From assembly GCA_963662335.2 (NCBI GenBank), contig CAXXVD010000001.1, positions 416,001 to 480,000 of the forward strand: a stretch of DNA of 64,000 bases. Direction: 5' to 3'. Under the pieces are notes generated by a model, which made no database searches, was not told the DNA's origin, and saw nothing but the letters and a program-made list of their open reading frames with translations. Of the stretch, positions 38,067 to 48,404 are shown one piece after another; position 1 is the first letter of the stretch; each line of letters begins with the position of its first letter. The position numbers were made by a program, and so were the translations under genes. Source of the DNA: Chloroflexota bacterium (GTDB lineage Bacteria > Chloroflexota > UBA11872 > VXOZ01).

Positions 38067-39365
38067 ATGTCCATGGCACAAACACTCAGCGCCGCCGCAG
38101 TTCTCGCCATCGATGGCGGGCCGCCGGCGGTGACCGCCCCGCTCGACGACCGCTGGCAGCGCGTCACCGACCTGGAAAAGGAGTACGTGCTGCGGGTGAT
38201 GGACGACTTTGGCGACGCCTACGCCGAATTGGACCGGTTCGAGCAAGAGTGGCGGGAGTTCATCGGCACGAAACACGCCCTGGCCATGTGCAACGGCACC
38301 GCCACCCTGCACTCCGCCATCTTCGCGGCCGGCGCGCACGCGGGCAAAGAGGTGATCGTGCCCTCGGTGACCTGGCACGCGAGCATCAGCCCCATCCTGC
38401 ACTGCGGCGCGACTCCCGTGTTCTGCGACGCCGATCCGCAGACCTTCTGCGCCGACCCTGCGGACGCGCGGCGCAAGATCACCGACCGCACCTGCGCCAT
38501 CGTCGTCACGCACGTCTACGGCAATCCGGCGGACCTCGACGCCTTCCGCGAGATCGTGGACGGCACCGACATCGTCCTCATCGAGGACGCCTCCCACGCC
38601 CACGGCGCGACGTGGGACGGCAAGCCGGTTGGCTCGTTCGGCCATATCGGCTGCTTCAGCCTGCAGAAAGGCAAGGCCATGACCGGCATCGAGGCCGGTG
38701 TGGCCGTGACCGACGACGAAGCGCTCTACGACCGCATGTTGGCGCTGGGCCAGTACGGGCGCTGCGGCAAGCTGTGGGCAACCGCCGAGTTCGCCGACCT
38801 GCGCAACATGGGATTCGGCGTGAAGTACCGCGCCAATCCGCTCGCCATCGCCATGGTGCGGGCGCAGTTTACGCGGCTGCCGGCAATGAACGAGAAGCGC
38901 CGGGCGTGGTTCGACCGGCTCGACTCGCTGCTGAGCGCCATTCCGGGCGTTTATCCGCAGCAGGTGTATCCTCAGGCGGTGCGGGGCGGCCTCGTGCACT
39001 ACGCCGGTACGCTGGATGCTAGGGAAATCGGCGCGCCTGTGAATGCGATTCTGAAAGCCTTGGTCGCCGAAGGCGTACAGACGAAACCGGAGATCACGCC
39101 CTTCGGCTACGGCGTGATGCACCTGGAGCCGCTCTTCAACGACTACGCGCTGGATAACGTGGGCGGCCCCTGGAAAGACCTGCCCGCGGAGTCGCGCGTG
39201 CGCCGGCGGCGCGGCCACCTGCCCGTGAGCGAACGCATCCACGCTTCGGCCTTCTGGATCAAGACGCCAATCGACCCTAATCCTGAATGGGTTGAACAAG
39301 TCGGCGCGGCCTTCCGCAAGGTGGTCGCCAACGCGGATCGCCTGGCCGAGTTTGCGCCGGCTTAA
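38067..39365 (+). CDS. DegT/DnrJ/EryC1/StrS PLP-dependent aminotransferase
   Basis: LAIDGGPP, NGTATLH, HVYGNPAD, IEDASHAHGA, FSLQKGK. Confidence 0.9.
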   Translation: MSMAQTLSAAAVLAIDGGPPAVTAPLDDRWQRVTDLEKEYVLRVMDDFGDAYAELDRFEQEWREFIGTKHALAMCNGTATLHSAIFAAGAHAGKEVIVPSVTWHASISPILHCGATPVFCDADPQTFCADPADARRKITDRTCAIVVTHVYGNPADLDAFREIVDGTDIVLIEDASHAHGATWDGKPVGSFGHIGCFSLQKGKAMTGIEAGVAVTDDEALYDRMLALGQYGRCGKLWATAEFADLRNMGFGVKYRANPLAIAMVRAQFTRLPAMNEKRRAWFDRLDSLLSAIPGVYPQQVYPQAVRGGLVHYAGTLDAREIGAPVNAILKALVAEGVQTKPEITPFGYGVMHLEPLFNDYALDNVGGPWKDLPAESRVRRRRGHLPVSERIHASAFWIKTPIDPNPEWVEQVGAAFRKVVANADRLAEFAPA

Positions 39366-39462
39366 AGCGCGAAATCTGCCGACAAAGGATTAACGGATCT
39401 ATGCGCCATTTCCCTGCCGCGATTGGTGGATGGGAAGACCTGGCGGCCCCGTGAACGAGAAC

Positions 39463-39488
39463 GCGGCCTGTGCTGCAGCACAGGCCGC
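39463..39488. terminator. Perfect palindrome between convergent genes (possible bidirectional terminator)
   Basis: GCGGCCTGTGCTGCAGCACAGGCCGC. Confidence 0.5.
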
Positions 39489-39534
39489 TCCATTTGTGAC
39501 CTCAGTTCGTCGTCTCAATCCCTCTTCTCCCGAC

Positions 39535-41253
39535 TCAGCCGCTTCCCGCCCGGCAGCGGGCCGTGGCTTCCACGTCCAGTTCGCCAGTGGCCGTTACCAC
39601 GACCCCGTAGACCTCACGGGCGCGTTCACGCGACACCTTCTCGTTGCGCACGTCGTCCTGCACCAACTGCGGGTCGCGCGCACGCGGGTCGCCCCAACCG
39701 CCGGCGCCTGAGACCATGTGGCGGAACAGGTCGTTCTCGTAGATCGTCTCCGTTGCCTTGCTGGTCAGCACGCGCGCCTCGGTATCGGGATTGAGGATGT
39801 TGCGCGAGGGCGCGCCGGGGTGGCCGCCGGCCAGGCCGTAGGCGTGGTTCTTATGTCGATCCGAACGGAGTTGCAGCGTCGCGCGCTTCTCCCGCAGGCG
39901 GTAGTCGCGCACCAGCGCCAAACCGCCGCGGTACGCGCCCGCGCCTTCCGAATCCGGCACGTAGCCGTAGCGTTCAATGCGCAGCGGCAACTCGGCCTCC
40001 ACCACTTCCACCGGATTGTTGGAAAAATTCACCACGATGCTTGCCATGGCGTCCGTGCCGTCGCTCCAGGGCTTGCCGCCCCACGAGCCAAAGAGAAACT
40101 CCAGGTAGACGAAGGGGTTGCCGTCGTCGTCGTAGCCGCCGATGCTCACGCCGGTATCGCCGCCCACCTCGCAGGCCGGAATGCGCTCAGGCGCCAACTT
40201 CGCCAGCGCGCCCATCACGGCATTGGCGGTGCGGTAGCCGGTGAGGCCGCGCGCCGCCACCGGCGCGGGCATACTGGGATTGATGACCGAACTCTCCGGC
40301 GCGATCACGTTTATCGGGCGGAAATATCCCTCGTTGTTCGGAATCTCTTCCCCCATCAGGCTGCGCACGCAGGCGTAGACCGCCGAGCGCGTAAACGGTA
40401 TCGGCGAGTTGATGCCGCCGCGCACCTGGGGCGACGTGCCCGTGAAGTCCACCGTCATGGAATCCCCGTGCACGCGCACGCACACGGCAATCGGAATCGG
40501 CCCCGGGTCGAAGCCGTCGTCGTCGATGTAGTCGGTAAAGGCGTACTCCCCGTCCGGCAGGTCGGCAATGGCCTGCCGCGCCAGCCGCTCGGTGTAGTCG
40601 AGCAGCGCCGTAAACCGCGCCTGCAACTCGGCGTGTCCGTAGCGCGCGAAGAGCGTTTTCACCCGCCGCTCGCCCACGTGGCAGGCGGAGAGTTGGGCGC
40701 GAATGTCGCCCAGCACCAGGCGCGGCACGCGCACGTTGGCGCGCAGGAGTTCGAAGACGGCCTCGTTCGGCTCGCCGGCGGCGTAGAGCTTGAGCGGCGG
40801 GATGCGGATGCCCTCCTGGAAGATTTCCGTGGCGTCGCAGCCGTTGCCGCCGGCCACCATGCCGCCCACGTCGGCGTGATGCGCGATCGAAACTAAGAAA
40901 CACGCCAATTCGTCATTCAAAAATACCGGCTTGAAGATGTAGATGTCCGGCAGGTGCGTGCCGCCGGCGTAGGGATCGTTGAGCATGTAGACATCGCCGG
41001 GCCGCACGTTTTGCCCAAACGTGCCGAAGATGCTTTCCATCGCGTGGGGCACCGAACCCAGGTGCAGCGGCAGGGTCAGGCCCTGGGCGATGAGTTCGCC
41101 GCTGGGCTGGCAGAGCGCCGTCGAAAAATCCATGCTGTTCTTCAGGTTGTTGGAGTACGCGGTGCGCAGCACTGTCATCGCCATCTCGTCCACCAGCGAT
41201 TCCAGCGCGTTCTTGAGGATTTCCGTTTCGACCGGATCGAATTCGCGGCTCAC
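39535..41253 (-). CDS. Hydantoinase B/oxoprolinase family subunit
   Basis: RTAYS, DFS, NDPYAGGTHLPD, HHADVGG, EIFQEG, GAGGWGDP; GTG start overlaps the upstream stop (GTGA). Confidence 0.92.
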   Translation of the reverse strand: MSREFDPVETEILKNALESLVDEMAMTVLRTAYSNNLKNSMDFSTALCQPSGELIAQGLTLPLHLGSVPHAMESIFGTFGQNVRPGDVYMLNDPYAGGTHLPDIYIFKPVFLNDELACFLVSIAHHADVGGMVAGGNGCDATEIFQEGIRIPPLKLYAAGEPNEAVFELLRANVRVPRLVLGDIRAQLSACHVGERRVKTLFARYGHAELQARFTALLDYTERLARQAIADLPDGEYAFTDYIDDDGFDPGPIPIAVCVRVHGDSMTVDFTGTSPQVRGGINSPIPFTRSAVYACVRSLMGEEIPNNEGYFRPINVIAPESSVINPSMPAPVAARGLTGYRTANAVMGALAKLAPERIPACEVGGDTGVSIGGYDDDGNPFVYLEFLFGSWGGKPWSDGTDAMASIVVNFSNNPVEVVEAELPLRIERYGYVPDSEGAGAYRGGLALVRDYRLREKRATLQLRSDRHKNHAYGLAGGHPGAPSRNILNPDTEARVLTSKATETIYENDLFRHMVSGAGGWGDPRARDPQLVQDDVRNEKVSRERAREVYGVVVTATGELDVEATARCRAGSG

Positions 41254-43337
41254 GATTGCTCCTCTCCCACGGCGATCACCACGTTGTCCCACTCATCCCG
41301 CCGCACCGCGCAATTGGGGGGCACGAGGATGGTCGTATCGTACTCCTCGACGATGAGCGGGCCGGGCCGCTCGTTCCCGTCAAGTTCATGGCGGCCCAGC
41401 AGCGGCACGGTGCGCTCGCCCAGCGCCGCGCCAAAATAGGCGGTGCGTTCGCGCGGCAGGTGCGCCAGGCGCTTGCCCGCGCCCGCGCTGCCCCAGCGGT
41501 GCGCGCCCTCGCGGGGCAACGTCACTTCCACGCGCAGGTTGACAAGCTCTACCGGGTCGTCCGGGGCCTTGTGCCCGTAGGTGCGCTCGTGCTCGCGCTC
41601 GAAGGCTTCGCGCATCACCGCCGGCGTGGACTCTTGGAAAGGCACGGTCAACTCGAACGACTGTCCCGCGTAGCGCAGGTCCGCGAAGCGCTGCCAAGAG
41701 CCAGCTTCCCCCGCGCCGGTGTCGACGCCAATCTCGGCCGCCAGGCGGGACTCGAGCGCCGCGTACTGCCGGTTGATCTCTTCTTCACTCACGTTATCCA
41801 GCGGCAGCAGTACCGTCTGCGAAACGTGCTGCGCAACGTCCACGCAGAGGAGGCCGAGTGAGCTAAACAGCCCCGGAAACGGCGGCGCCACTACCTGCCG
41901 GATGCCGAGTTCCTGCGCCATTTCCACGGCGTGCAACGGCCCGCTGCCGCCAAAGGCGAAGAGCGCGAAGTCGGCCGGCGAACGACCCCGCTCCACCGTA
42001 ACCGCCCGCACCGCGCGGCTCATGTGAGAGACCGCGATGCGGTGGATGCCGTGGGCGGCGTCAGCCACGCTCAGGCCCAGCGGTTCCGCCAGCCGCTTCT
42101 CCAGCACGGTACGCGCCCGCGCCGCGTCGATCGGCAGTTCGCCGCCGAGGAAATGCGTGGGATTCAGAAAACCCAGTGCCACGTTTGCGTCGGTGAGCGT
42201 CGGCTCTTCCCCGCCCTGGGCGTAACAGACCGGCCCCGGTTCCGCGCCCGCGCTATTGGGGCCCACGCGCAGGCCGCCGGCCGGGTCGAGCCACGCCACG
42301 CTGCCGCCGCCGGCCCCAACCTCCGCAATGTCGATGGCCGGCACCCGCAGCGCGTAGCCCGCGCCCCGCTGCAAGCGCGCGCTCAGGCTGATGCCGCCGC
42401 CCACCTCGTAGTCGTTGGTGCGGGTGATGCGGCCGTCCTCGATCACCGACGCTTTCGCCGTAGTGCCGCCCATGTCGAGGGTGATGGCGTTGGCAACCCC
42501 CATCGCGTTCGCCAGCGAGAGCGCGCCCATCACGCCCGCGGCCGGGCCGGACTCGATCACGTGGATGGGCTGCTCCGCCGCTTTGGCCGCGCCCATCATG
42601 CCGCCGCCGGACTGCATCATGTAGACCGGCGCGGTAATCCGCCGTTCGTCGAACGACTCTTGCAGCCGCTCCAGGTACGAGCGCATCACCGGCGCGATAT
42701 AAGCGTTGATCACCGTCGTGCTGGTGCGCTCGTACTCGCGGATCTCCGGCAGCACGTGGGACGAGAGCGAAACGAAGACGTCCGGCGCGGCGGCCTGGAG
42801 CAGTTCGCCGATGCGTTCTTCGTGCGCCGGATTGCGGTAGGCGTTGATGAGGCAAACCGCGATTGACTGCACGCCCGCGTCCAGCAGGCGCGCGATTGCC
42901 GCGTGGACGCTGTCCTCATCCAATTCCCGCACCACCGCGCCGCCGGTGTCGATGCGTTCGTCAACCTCGCGCCGCAGCGCCCGCGGGACCAGCGGCTTGG
43001 GTGGCTCCCAATGCAGGTCGTAGAGACGCGGCATGCGCAAGCGCCGGATCTCCAGCACGTCGCGAAAGCCGGCCGTGGTGATGAGTCCCGTCGGCGCGCC
43101 CTTGCCCTCCAGAATGGCGTTGGTCGCCACCGTGGTGGCGTGGATGACCTCGTGCACGTCGGCGCTGGCGGCGTGCGTCTCGCGGATAAGCGCGTCCAGA
43201 CCCCGCACGATGCCCTGGGCAAAGTCGTCGGCGGTGGATGAAACCTTGGTCCACGCCTGCAGCCCCTGGGCGTCCATGAAGACGAGGTCGGTGAAGGTGC
43301 CCCCAATATCGACGCCGACGCGCAACGCTGAGTCCAC
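41250..43337 (-). CDS. Hydantoinase A/oxoprolinase family subunit
   Basis: GVDIGGTFTD, HATTVATN, EYERTSTT, ESGPAAG, DMGGTT, GAGGGS, FGGSGPLH. Confidence 0.92.
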   Translation of the reverse strand: MDSALRVGVDIGGTFTDLVFMDAQGLQAWTKVSSTADDFAQGIVRGLDALIRETHAASADVHEVIHATTVATNAILEGKGAPTGLITTAGFRDVLEIRRLRMPRLYDLHWEPPKPLVPRALRREVDERIDTGGAVVRELDEDSVHAAIARLLDAGVQSIAVCLINAYRNPAHEERIGELLQAAAPDVFVSLSSHVLPEIREYERTSTTVINAYIAPVMRSYLERLQESFDERRITAPVYMMQSGGGMMGAAKAAEQPIHVIESGPAAGVMGALSLANAMGVANAITLDMGGTTAKASVIEDGRITRTNDYEVGGGISLSARLQRGAGYALRVPAIDIAEVGAGGGSVAWLDPAGGLRVGPNSAGAEPGPVCYAQGGEEPTLTDANVALGFLNPTHFLGGELPIDAARARTVLEKRLAEPLGLSVADAAHGIHRIAVSHMSRAVRAVTVERGRSPADFALFAFGGSGPLHAVEMAQELGIRQVVAPPFPGLFSSLGLLCVDVAQHVSQTVLLPLDNVSEEEINRQYAALESRLAAEIGVDTGAGEAGSWQRFADLRYAGQSFELTVPFQESTPAVMREAFEREHERTYGHKAPDDPVELVNLRVEVTLPREGAHRWGSAGAGKRLAHLPRERTAYFGAALGERTVPLLGRHELDGNERPGPLIVEEYDTTILVPPNCAVRRDEWDNVVIAVGEEQS

Positions 43338-43346
43338 AAGCGCCGC

Positions 43347-44117
43347 CTAGACCGAAATCGGCGCGGCGCTTGGAACCGGCGCCCCGGTGGGCAGTTCGAA
43401 CAACCGGCCGTAGCCCGGAATGGCCGCCGTGTGCCCCAGGTCGCGCAGGCACTGCCAATAGGTCGCCTGGTTGCTGGCCACCACCGGCATGCCGAGGTCT
43501 TCTTCCAGAGCCTGGATAACGTCCAGCGTGCGCAGATTGGTGCAGCTAATGAAGAGCGCGTCGGCGTCGGGCGCGGCGTGCTCGCGGGCAAAGCGGTAGG
43601 TCTCCGCCAGCGGCACCACGCCGATGTCGAAGGCCGTGAGAATGCCCATACCGGCCTGGCTCACCACGTCGAAGCCCCAATCGCGCAGGAACGTGACCTC
43701 CAGGTTGTTGAGTTCCGGGATGTAGGGCGTGACCATGGCGACGCGCTGCGCGCCCAGCGCCCGCAGGCCGCCGGCCACCGCGCCGGCCGTGGTCACGGCC
43801 GCGATGTCGCTGCCGCCGCGCAGCCGCTCCCGCAGTTCCTCTTCGCCGTCGGCGCCCTCGAAGAAGCTGCCGGCCGTGCAGGCAAAGGCGATCGCGTCCA
43901 CCCGCGCGCTGAGCAGTTCGTCCACGCCCCGGTCCACGTGGGCGCACATCTGCGCCATGTCGTCCGCGTCCGAGCGCGAGTTGCGCATGCGCGTGGCGAA
44001 TACCGAAAAACCCTCCGGCAGCAGCGCGCAGCCCTCCGGCTCCACCACCGTATTCACCGACGGCACCAGCAAACCGATGCGTCCCCGCCAACCAAACATG
44101 CCAGTTCCTCCAATCAC
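43347..44117 (-). CDS. Maleate isomerase / Asp-Glu racemase family protein
   Basis: RIGLLVPSVNTVVE, FACTAGS, TPY, FISCTNL, PVVASNQA; start may be at MFGWRG. Confidence 0.88.
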   Translation of the reverse strand: MIGGTGMFGWRGRIGLLVPSVNTVVEPEGCALLPEGFSVFATRMRNSRSDADDMAQMCAHVDRGVDELLSARVDAIAFACTAGSFFEGADGEEELRERLRGGSDIAAVTTAGAVAGGLRALGAQRVAMVTPYIPELNNLEVTFLRDWGFDVVSQAGMGILTAFDIGVVPLAETYRFAREHAAPDADALFISCTNLRTLDVIQALEEDLGMPVVASNQATYWQCLRDLGHTAAIPGYGRLFELPTGAPVPSAAPISV

Positions 44118-44136
44118 CTACACACGGTATACAAAG

Positions 44137-44293
44137 TAGCGCGGGGGCTTGTCCCCCGCCAGAGCAAGACAAGAGCACACACAAATGATTAACCTTCAGC
44201 CTCGCAGGTTGCAAACCTGCGCTACCGGAGATGCGAGGCGCGCTTCTCATCGCCATTATGTCTAATGCGACAGCATTGGGGCTTGTCCCCCGC
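44137..44293 (+). repeat. Family C composite repeat copy
   Basis: Same three motifs in the same order as 22887-23044. Confidence 0.8.
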
Positions 44294-44545
44294 CGGAGCA
44301 AGAGAAGAGTACGCGCAAAGGATCGATCCCACAGCCATCCCGCCCCGCCCATACCACACCGATAATAGCGCAGCCACCGGGTCAAAACAACCTCGGTTGT
44401 CGCTGGCGCGCCCGCGCCCTACAATACGAGGCGGATGCCGGGCTGCGGACGCGCGCTAACAGGCCGCGCGGCCGCGTAAGAGTACGGCCGCACTCTCCTG
44501 GCGTCTCTCCTGAGCTTCTTGAGTTTCCACAGGGAGCGCGCCCCG

Positions 44546-45610
44546 GTGCAGATCGGCATCATCGGACTGCCATTTTCCGGCAAGACCACCGTCTTCACCG
44601 CCATCGCCGGCGGCGCGGCTGCGGAGCGCCACCAGTCACACGGCCTGGAACCGGCGCTGGCCGCCGTAGCGCTGCATGACCCGCGCCTGGAGGCGCTCTG
44701 CGGCCTCTTCCAGACCGAGCGCTGCATCCCCACCGAGGCGCAGTATCTGGACTTTCCCGGCGCCGGTTTTGGCAGGCAGGAGAAGGAAGCCGCCTGGGTA
44801 GCCACGCTGCGAACGGTAGACGCCCTGCTCATCGTGATTGGCGCATTTAGCGGCGCCCAAGACCCCGCCGACGAACTGGAGAGCATCCACCTCGACCTGC
44901 TGCTGCCCGACCTGCAAATCGTGGAGAGCCGCCTGAAGCGCATCGAGCCGCAGTGGCGCACGGCCCCGGCGGCGGAACGGCAGCAGCTTGACCGCGAGCG
45001 GGGGCTCCTGGAACGCATCCAAAGCGCCCTCGAACAGGGCGTTCCCGTGCGCGCGCTGGAGCTCGCCGCCGAGGAAGAGCAGGCGATCCGCGGCTTCCAA
45101 TTCCTCACCAATAAGCCCACGCTCGTGGCGCTCAACCTGTCCGAGGAACAGTGGCCGGAATCCGGTAAACTGGTTGCGCGGGCGCGCGCCGCCTACCCGC
45201 ACCCGCGGACAACGGTACTGGCCCTCAGCGCCCAACTGGAGATGGAAATCGCGCAACTGCCGCCGGACGAGGCCACGCTCTTTCGCGCCGACCTGGGCAT
45301 CGACGAACCGGGCGCGACGCGGGTCGTGCGCGAATCCCACGCGCTGCTTGGACTTATCCACTTCTTTACCCAGAATGAGAACGAAGTCCGCGCCTGGGCC
45401 ATCCCGCGCGGCACGCGGGCGCAAGACGCCGCCGGCAAGATCCACACGGACATGGCGCGCGGGTTCGCTCGCGCGGAAGTGATCGCCTGGGAGCAACTGG
45501 TCGCCTGCGGCGGTTACGGCGAGGCGCGCAAGCGCGGCCTGGTGCGCCAGGAAGGCCGCGACTACGTGGTGCAGGACGGCGACGTGCTCTATATTCTGTT
45601 CACGCGCTGA
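44546..45610 (+). CDS. ychF: YchF-like Obg-family ATPase with C-terminal TGS/DUF933 domain
   Basis: IGIIGLP.SGKTT.F, FLTNKP, E.RAW.I..GT.A..AAGKIHTD..RGF.RAEV, EG.DYVVQDGD; GTG start inferred after GGGAG. Confidence 0.8.
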   Translation: MQIGIIGLPFSGKTTVFTAIAGGAAAERHQSHGLEPALAAVALHDPRLEALCGLFQTERCIPTEAQYLDFPGAGFGRQEKEAAWVATLRTVDALLIVIGAFSGAQDPADELESIHLDLLLPDLQIVESRLKRIEPQWRTAPAAERQQLDRERGLLERIQSALEQGVPVRALELAAEEEQAIRGFQFLTNKPTLVALNLSEEQWPESGKLVARARAAYPHPRTTVLALSAQLEMEIAQLPPDEATLFRADLGIDEPGATRVVRESHALLGLIHFFTQNENEVRAWAIPRGTRAQDAAGKIHTDMARGFARAEVIAWEQLVACGGYGEARKRGLVRQEGRDYVVQDGDVLYILFTR

Positions 45611-45664
45611 TTGCTTTCAAAGCAGCACGACAGAGGCCGTCTCTAGCATGAAAGTAGCGCGACG

Positions 45665-45746
45665 GAATCCGTCATTCCCGCTTGCGCGGGAATCCAGCGG
45701 CTGCGTGACCAAGATGGATTCCCGCTTGCGCGGGAATGACGGATTC
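45665..45746. repeat. Palindromic repeat family A, paired copy
   Basis: GAATCCGTCATTCCCGCTTGCGCGGGAATCC...GGATTCCCGCTTGCGCGGGAATGACGGATTC. Confidence 0.85.
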
Positions 45747-45867
45747 TCCTGCGCAATCTTGAAACAAGCGGCAGTCAGGCATCCCGCTTCCATTTTCGCT
45801 CAGACCGGTCATCCTTTCCCAAACCCTACCGCATGGTTATATAATTGCCGGTGAACGAATTCCCATA

Positions 45868-47058
45868 TTGAGAACACCTGGAGGCAATCCGCTCGTGGCA
45901 TCCTCTCCCAGCGGCCAGGCCGTAGCCGACCGCATTCTGGCGCTTACCCCTTCCCCCACCATGGCCATGGACGCCAAGGCCAAAGCCATGGTGCGCGCCG
46001 GCAGCGACGTCATCAATCTCTCCGTCGGCGAGCCGGACTTCGATACGCCGGCGCACATCAAGGCGGCCGCCATCGGCGCGATTCAGGACGGCTTCAACAA
46101 ATACACCCCGGCCGGCGGCATTCCCGAACTGAAAGAGGCCATTGCGGAGAAACTCGCCCGCGAGAACGGCGTCGCCTACAGTCCCAACGAGGTGGTGGCC
46201 TGCGTCGGCGGCAAGCAGGCGGTCTGCAACGTCTTTCTGGCGATTTGCAACCCGGGCGACGAGGTCATCGTCCACGCCCCCACCTGGCCGACGTTTCTCG
46301 AACAAATCAAACTGGCCCAGGGCACACCCGTTACCGTGCCGCTGGCCGCGCCGTTCGCGATCACGGCGGACCCGTTGCTGGAGCGCATCACCGGCAACAC
46401 CCGCGCCATTCTGCTCAATTCGCCCTGCAATCCCACGGGCGAGGTGGCGCCGCCGGACGAAATCCGCAAACTGGCGCGCGCGTGCGTGGAGCGCGGCATC
46501 TACCTCATCGCCGACGAGACGTACGAACACTTTCTCTACGGCGACACGGAACACCTCTCACCGGCCTCCATGGGGCCGGACGAAAAGGCGCACGTCATCA
46601 CGGTGAACACCGTTTCCAAGACCTACGCCATGACCGGCTGGCGTCTCGGCTACGTGGCCGGGCCGGAGCCGGTGATCGCGGCCATCAACGACCTGATGAC
46701 GCAGATCACCAGCAATCCTACGTCGGCGGCGCAGAAAGCCGCTATTGCCGCGCTCACCGGGCCGCAGGACTGCGTGCGCGAAATGGTGGCGGAGTTCAGC
46801 GAGCGGCGCGCGCTGCTGGTGAACGGACTGCGGGACGCGGGCTATGCCTGCGCGCTGCCCGGCGGCGCGTTCTACGCTTTTCCGCACGTGAAAGGCGGCG
46901 CGCAGGACATGGCCGTGGCCGACCGCCTGCTGGAAGAGGCGCACGTGGCTACCGTGCCGGGGTCGTCCTTCCTGGCCGACGGCCACCTGCGCATGTCCTA
47001 CGCCACCAGCCGCGAGAAATTGCACGAGGCCCTCGACCGCCTGCGCAAGCTAACGTAG
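45868..47058 (+). CDS. Aspartate aminotransferase-like PLP enzyme (class I/II)
   Basis: GEPDFDTP, GGKQA, NSPCNPTG, DETYE, SKTYAMTGWRLG, LRMSYA; start uncertain. Confidence 0.9.
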   Translation: MRTPGGNPLVASSPSGQAVADRILALTPSPTMAMDAKAKAMVRAGSDVINLSVGEPDFDTPAHIKAAAIGAIQDGFNKYTPAGGIPELKEAIAEKLARENGVAYSPNEVVACVGGKQAVCNVFLAICNPGDEVIVHAPTWPTFLEQIKLAQGTPVTVPLAAPFAITADPLLERITGNTRAILLNSPCNPTGEVAPPDEIRKLARACVERGIYLIADETYEHFLYGDTEHLSPASMGPDEKAHVITVNTVSKTYAMTGWRLGYVAGPEPVIAAINDLMTQITSNPTSAAQKAAIAALTGPQDCVREMVAEFSERRALLVNGLRDAGYACALPGGAFYAFPHVKGGAQDMAVADRLLEEAHVATVPGSSFLADGHLRMSYATSREKLHEALDRLRKLT

Positions 47059-47065
47059 CGTATCT

Positions 47066-47185
47066 GTAGCGCGGGGGCTTGTCCCCCGCCGTCTGGCACA
47101 CATCGTAGCGCGGGGGCTTGTCCCCCGCCTCTTGGCACAGGTCAATAGGGGGCCTGCGTAGGGGCGCTTCGCGAAGCGCCCCTGC
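47066..47185. repeat. Two GTAGCGCGGGGGCTTGTCCCCCGCC hairpins and a GTAG-type REP
   Basis: Copies at 47066, 47105 and 47158. Confidence 0.8.
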
Positions 47186-47239
47186 CGGGCACAGGCAACC
47201 GCTCGCGAAACTAGAAGCAAGTAGCAGTGGAGGCACACC

Positions 47240-48373
47240 ATGAGAATCAGCGACGTCCAGACCCACATCGTCAACAACGGCTCCCGCAACTACACCTTCG
47301 TCACCGTCACCGAAGAGAACGGCCTGTACGGCATCGGCGAATCCGGCTGTTCCGGCAAGGACAAAGCGGTGGCGGCGGCGGTGGAACACTACCGGCCCAT
47401 GCTCATTGGGCAAGACCCCGCCCGCATCGAGCACATCTGGCAAGACCACTTTCGCGGCAACTTCTGGCGCGCCGGCCCGGTGCTCACCGCCGCGATCTCC
47501 GCCTTGGACATTGCCCTGTGGGACCTCCTCGGCAAGGCGTTGGAAGTCCCTACCTACCAATTGCTCGGCGGCAGGACCCGCGACAAAGTGCGCTGCTACG
47601 CCCACTTCAGCGGCGGCAGCCCGGATGCGTCTGCGCAAGCCGCCAAAGCGCGGATGGATGAAGGCTTCGAGGTGGTGCGGTTCGGCCTGCCCTCCGGCCC
47701 CGGCGACATCCTGGAGCCGGCGCGGGCCGTCTGCGATACGGTGGAAGCGTTTACAGCCGTGCGCGAGACCGTGGGGCATGAAATCGAGATTGCCCTGGAC
47801 GTACACACCCGCCTCAATCCCACGTGGGCGATTCAGTTGTGTAAACGGCTTGAGCCGCTGCGCCCCTTCTTCATCGAAGACCCGATTCGCTCGGAAAACC
47901 CGCAGTCGTTCGCCAACCTGCGCCACCACACCAGCGTCCCTATCGCCACCGGCGAGCAACTGCTCACCAAGTGGCAGTTCCGCGAGCTGATCGAGAACGA
48001 GTGGATCGACTACATGCGCGCGGATCTCGGCCTGGTCGGCGGCATCACCGAAGGCAAGAAGATCGCCGCCATGTGCGAGACGCACTACATCGACACGGCC
48101 CTGCACAATCCGCTGGGGCCCGTGAACACCGCCGCCAGCGTGCAACTGGACCTGTGCATTCCCAACTTCGGCATCCAGGAACTCGCCATGGCGCCGCCGG
48201 CCATGACCGACGTCTTCCCCACCCAGTGCCGGGTGGAGGCCGGACATCTCTATCCCGCCGACGTACCCGGCATCGGCATCGAATTCAACGCCGAGGCGGC
48301 GGCGCAGTATCCGTACCAGGACTGGGAACACGCCCGCCTGCACCGGGACGATGGGTCGTTTACGGACTGGTAG
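47240..48373 (+). CDS. Mandelate racemase/enolase-superfamily sugar-acid dehydratase (galactonate dehydratase-like)
   Basis: SALDIALWDL.GK, LDVH, FIEDP, ATGE, GGITE, HNP.GP, QE. Confidence 0.88.
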   Translation: MRISDVQTHIVNNGSRNYTFVTVTEENGLYGIGESGCSGKDKAVAAAVEHYRPMLIGQDPARIEHIWQDHFRGNFWRAGPVLTAAISALDIALWDLLGKALEVPTYQLLGGRTRDKVRCYAHFSGGSPDASAQAAKARMDEGFEVVRFGLPSGPGDILEPARAVCDTVEAFTAVRETVGHEIEIALDVHTRLNPTWAIQLCKRLEPLRPFFIEDPIRSENPQSFANLRHHTSVPIATGEQLLTKWQFRELIENEWIDYMRADLGLVGGITEGKKIAAMCETHYIDTALHNPLGPVNTAASVQLDLCIPNFGIQELAMAPPAMTDVFPTQCRVEAGHLYPADVPGIGIEFNAEAAAQYPYQDWEHARLHRDDGSFTDW

Positions 48374-48404
48374 CCATCCTGGCTTGCAGGGCTTTCCGAA
48401 GCGA

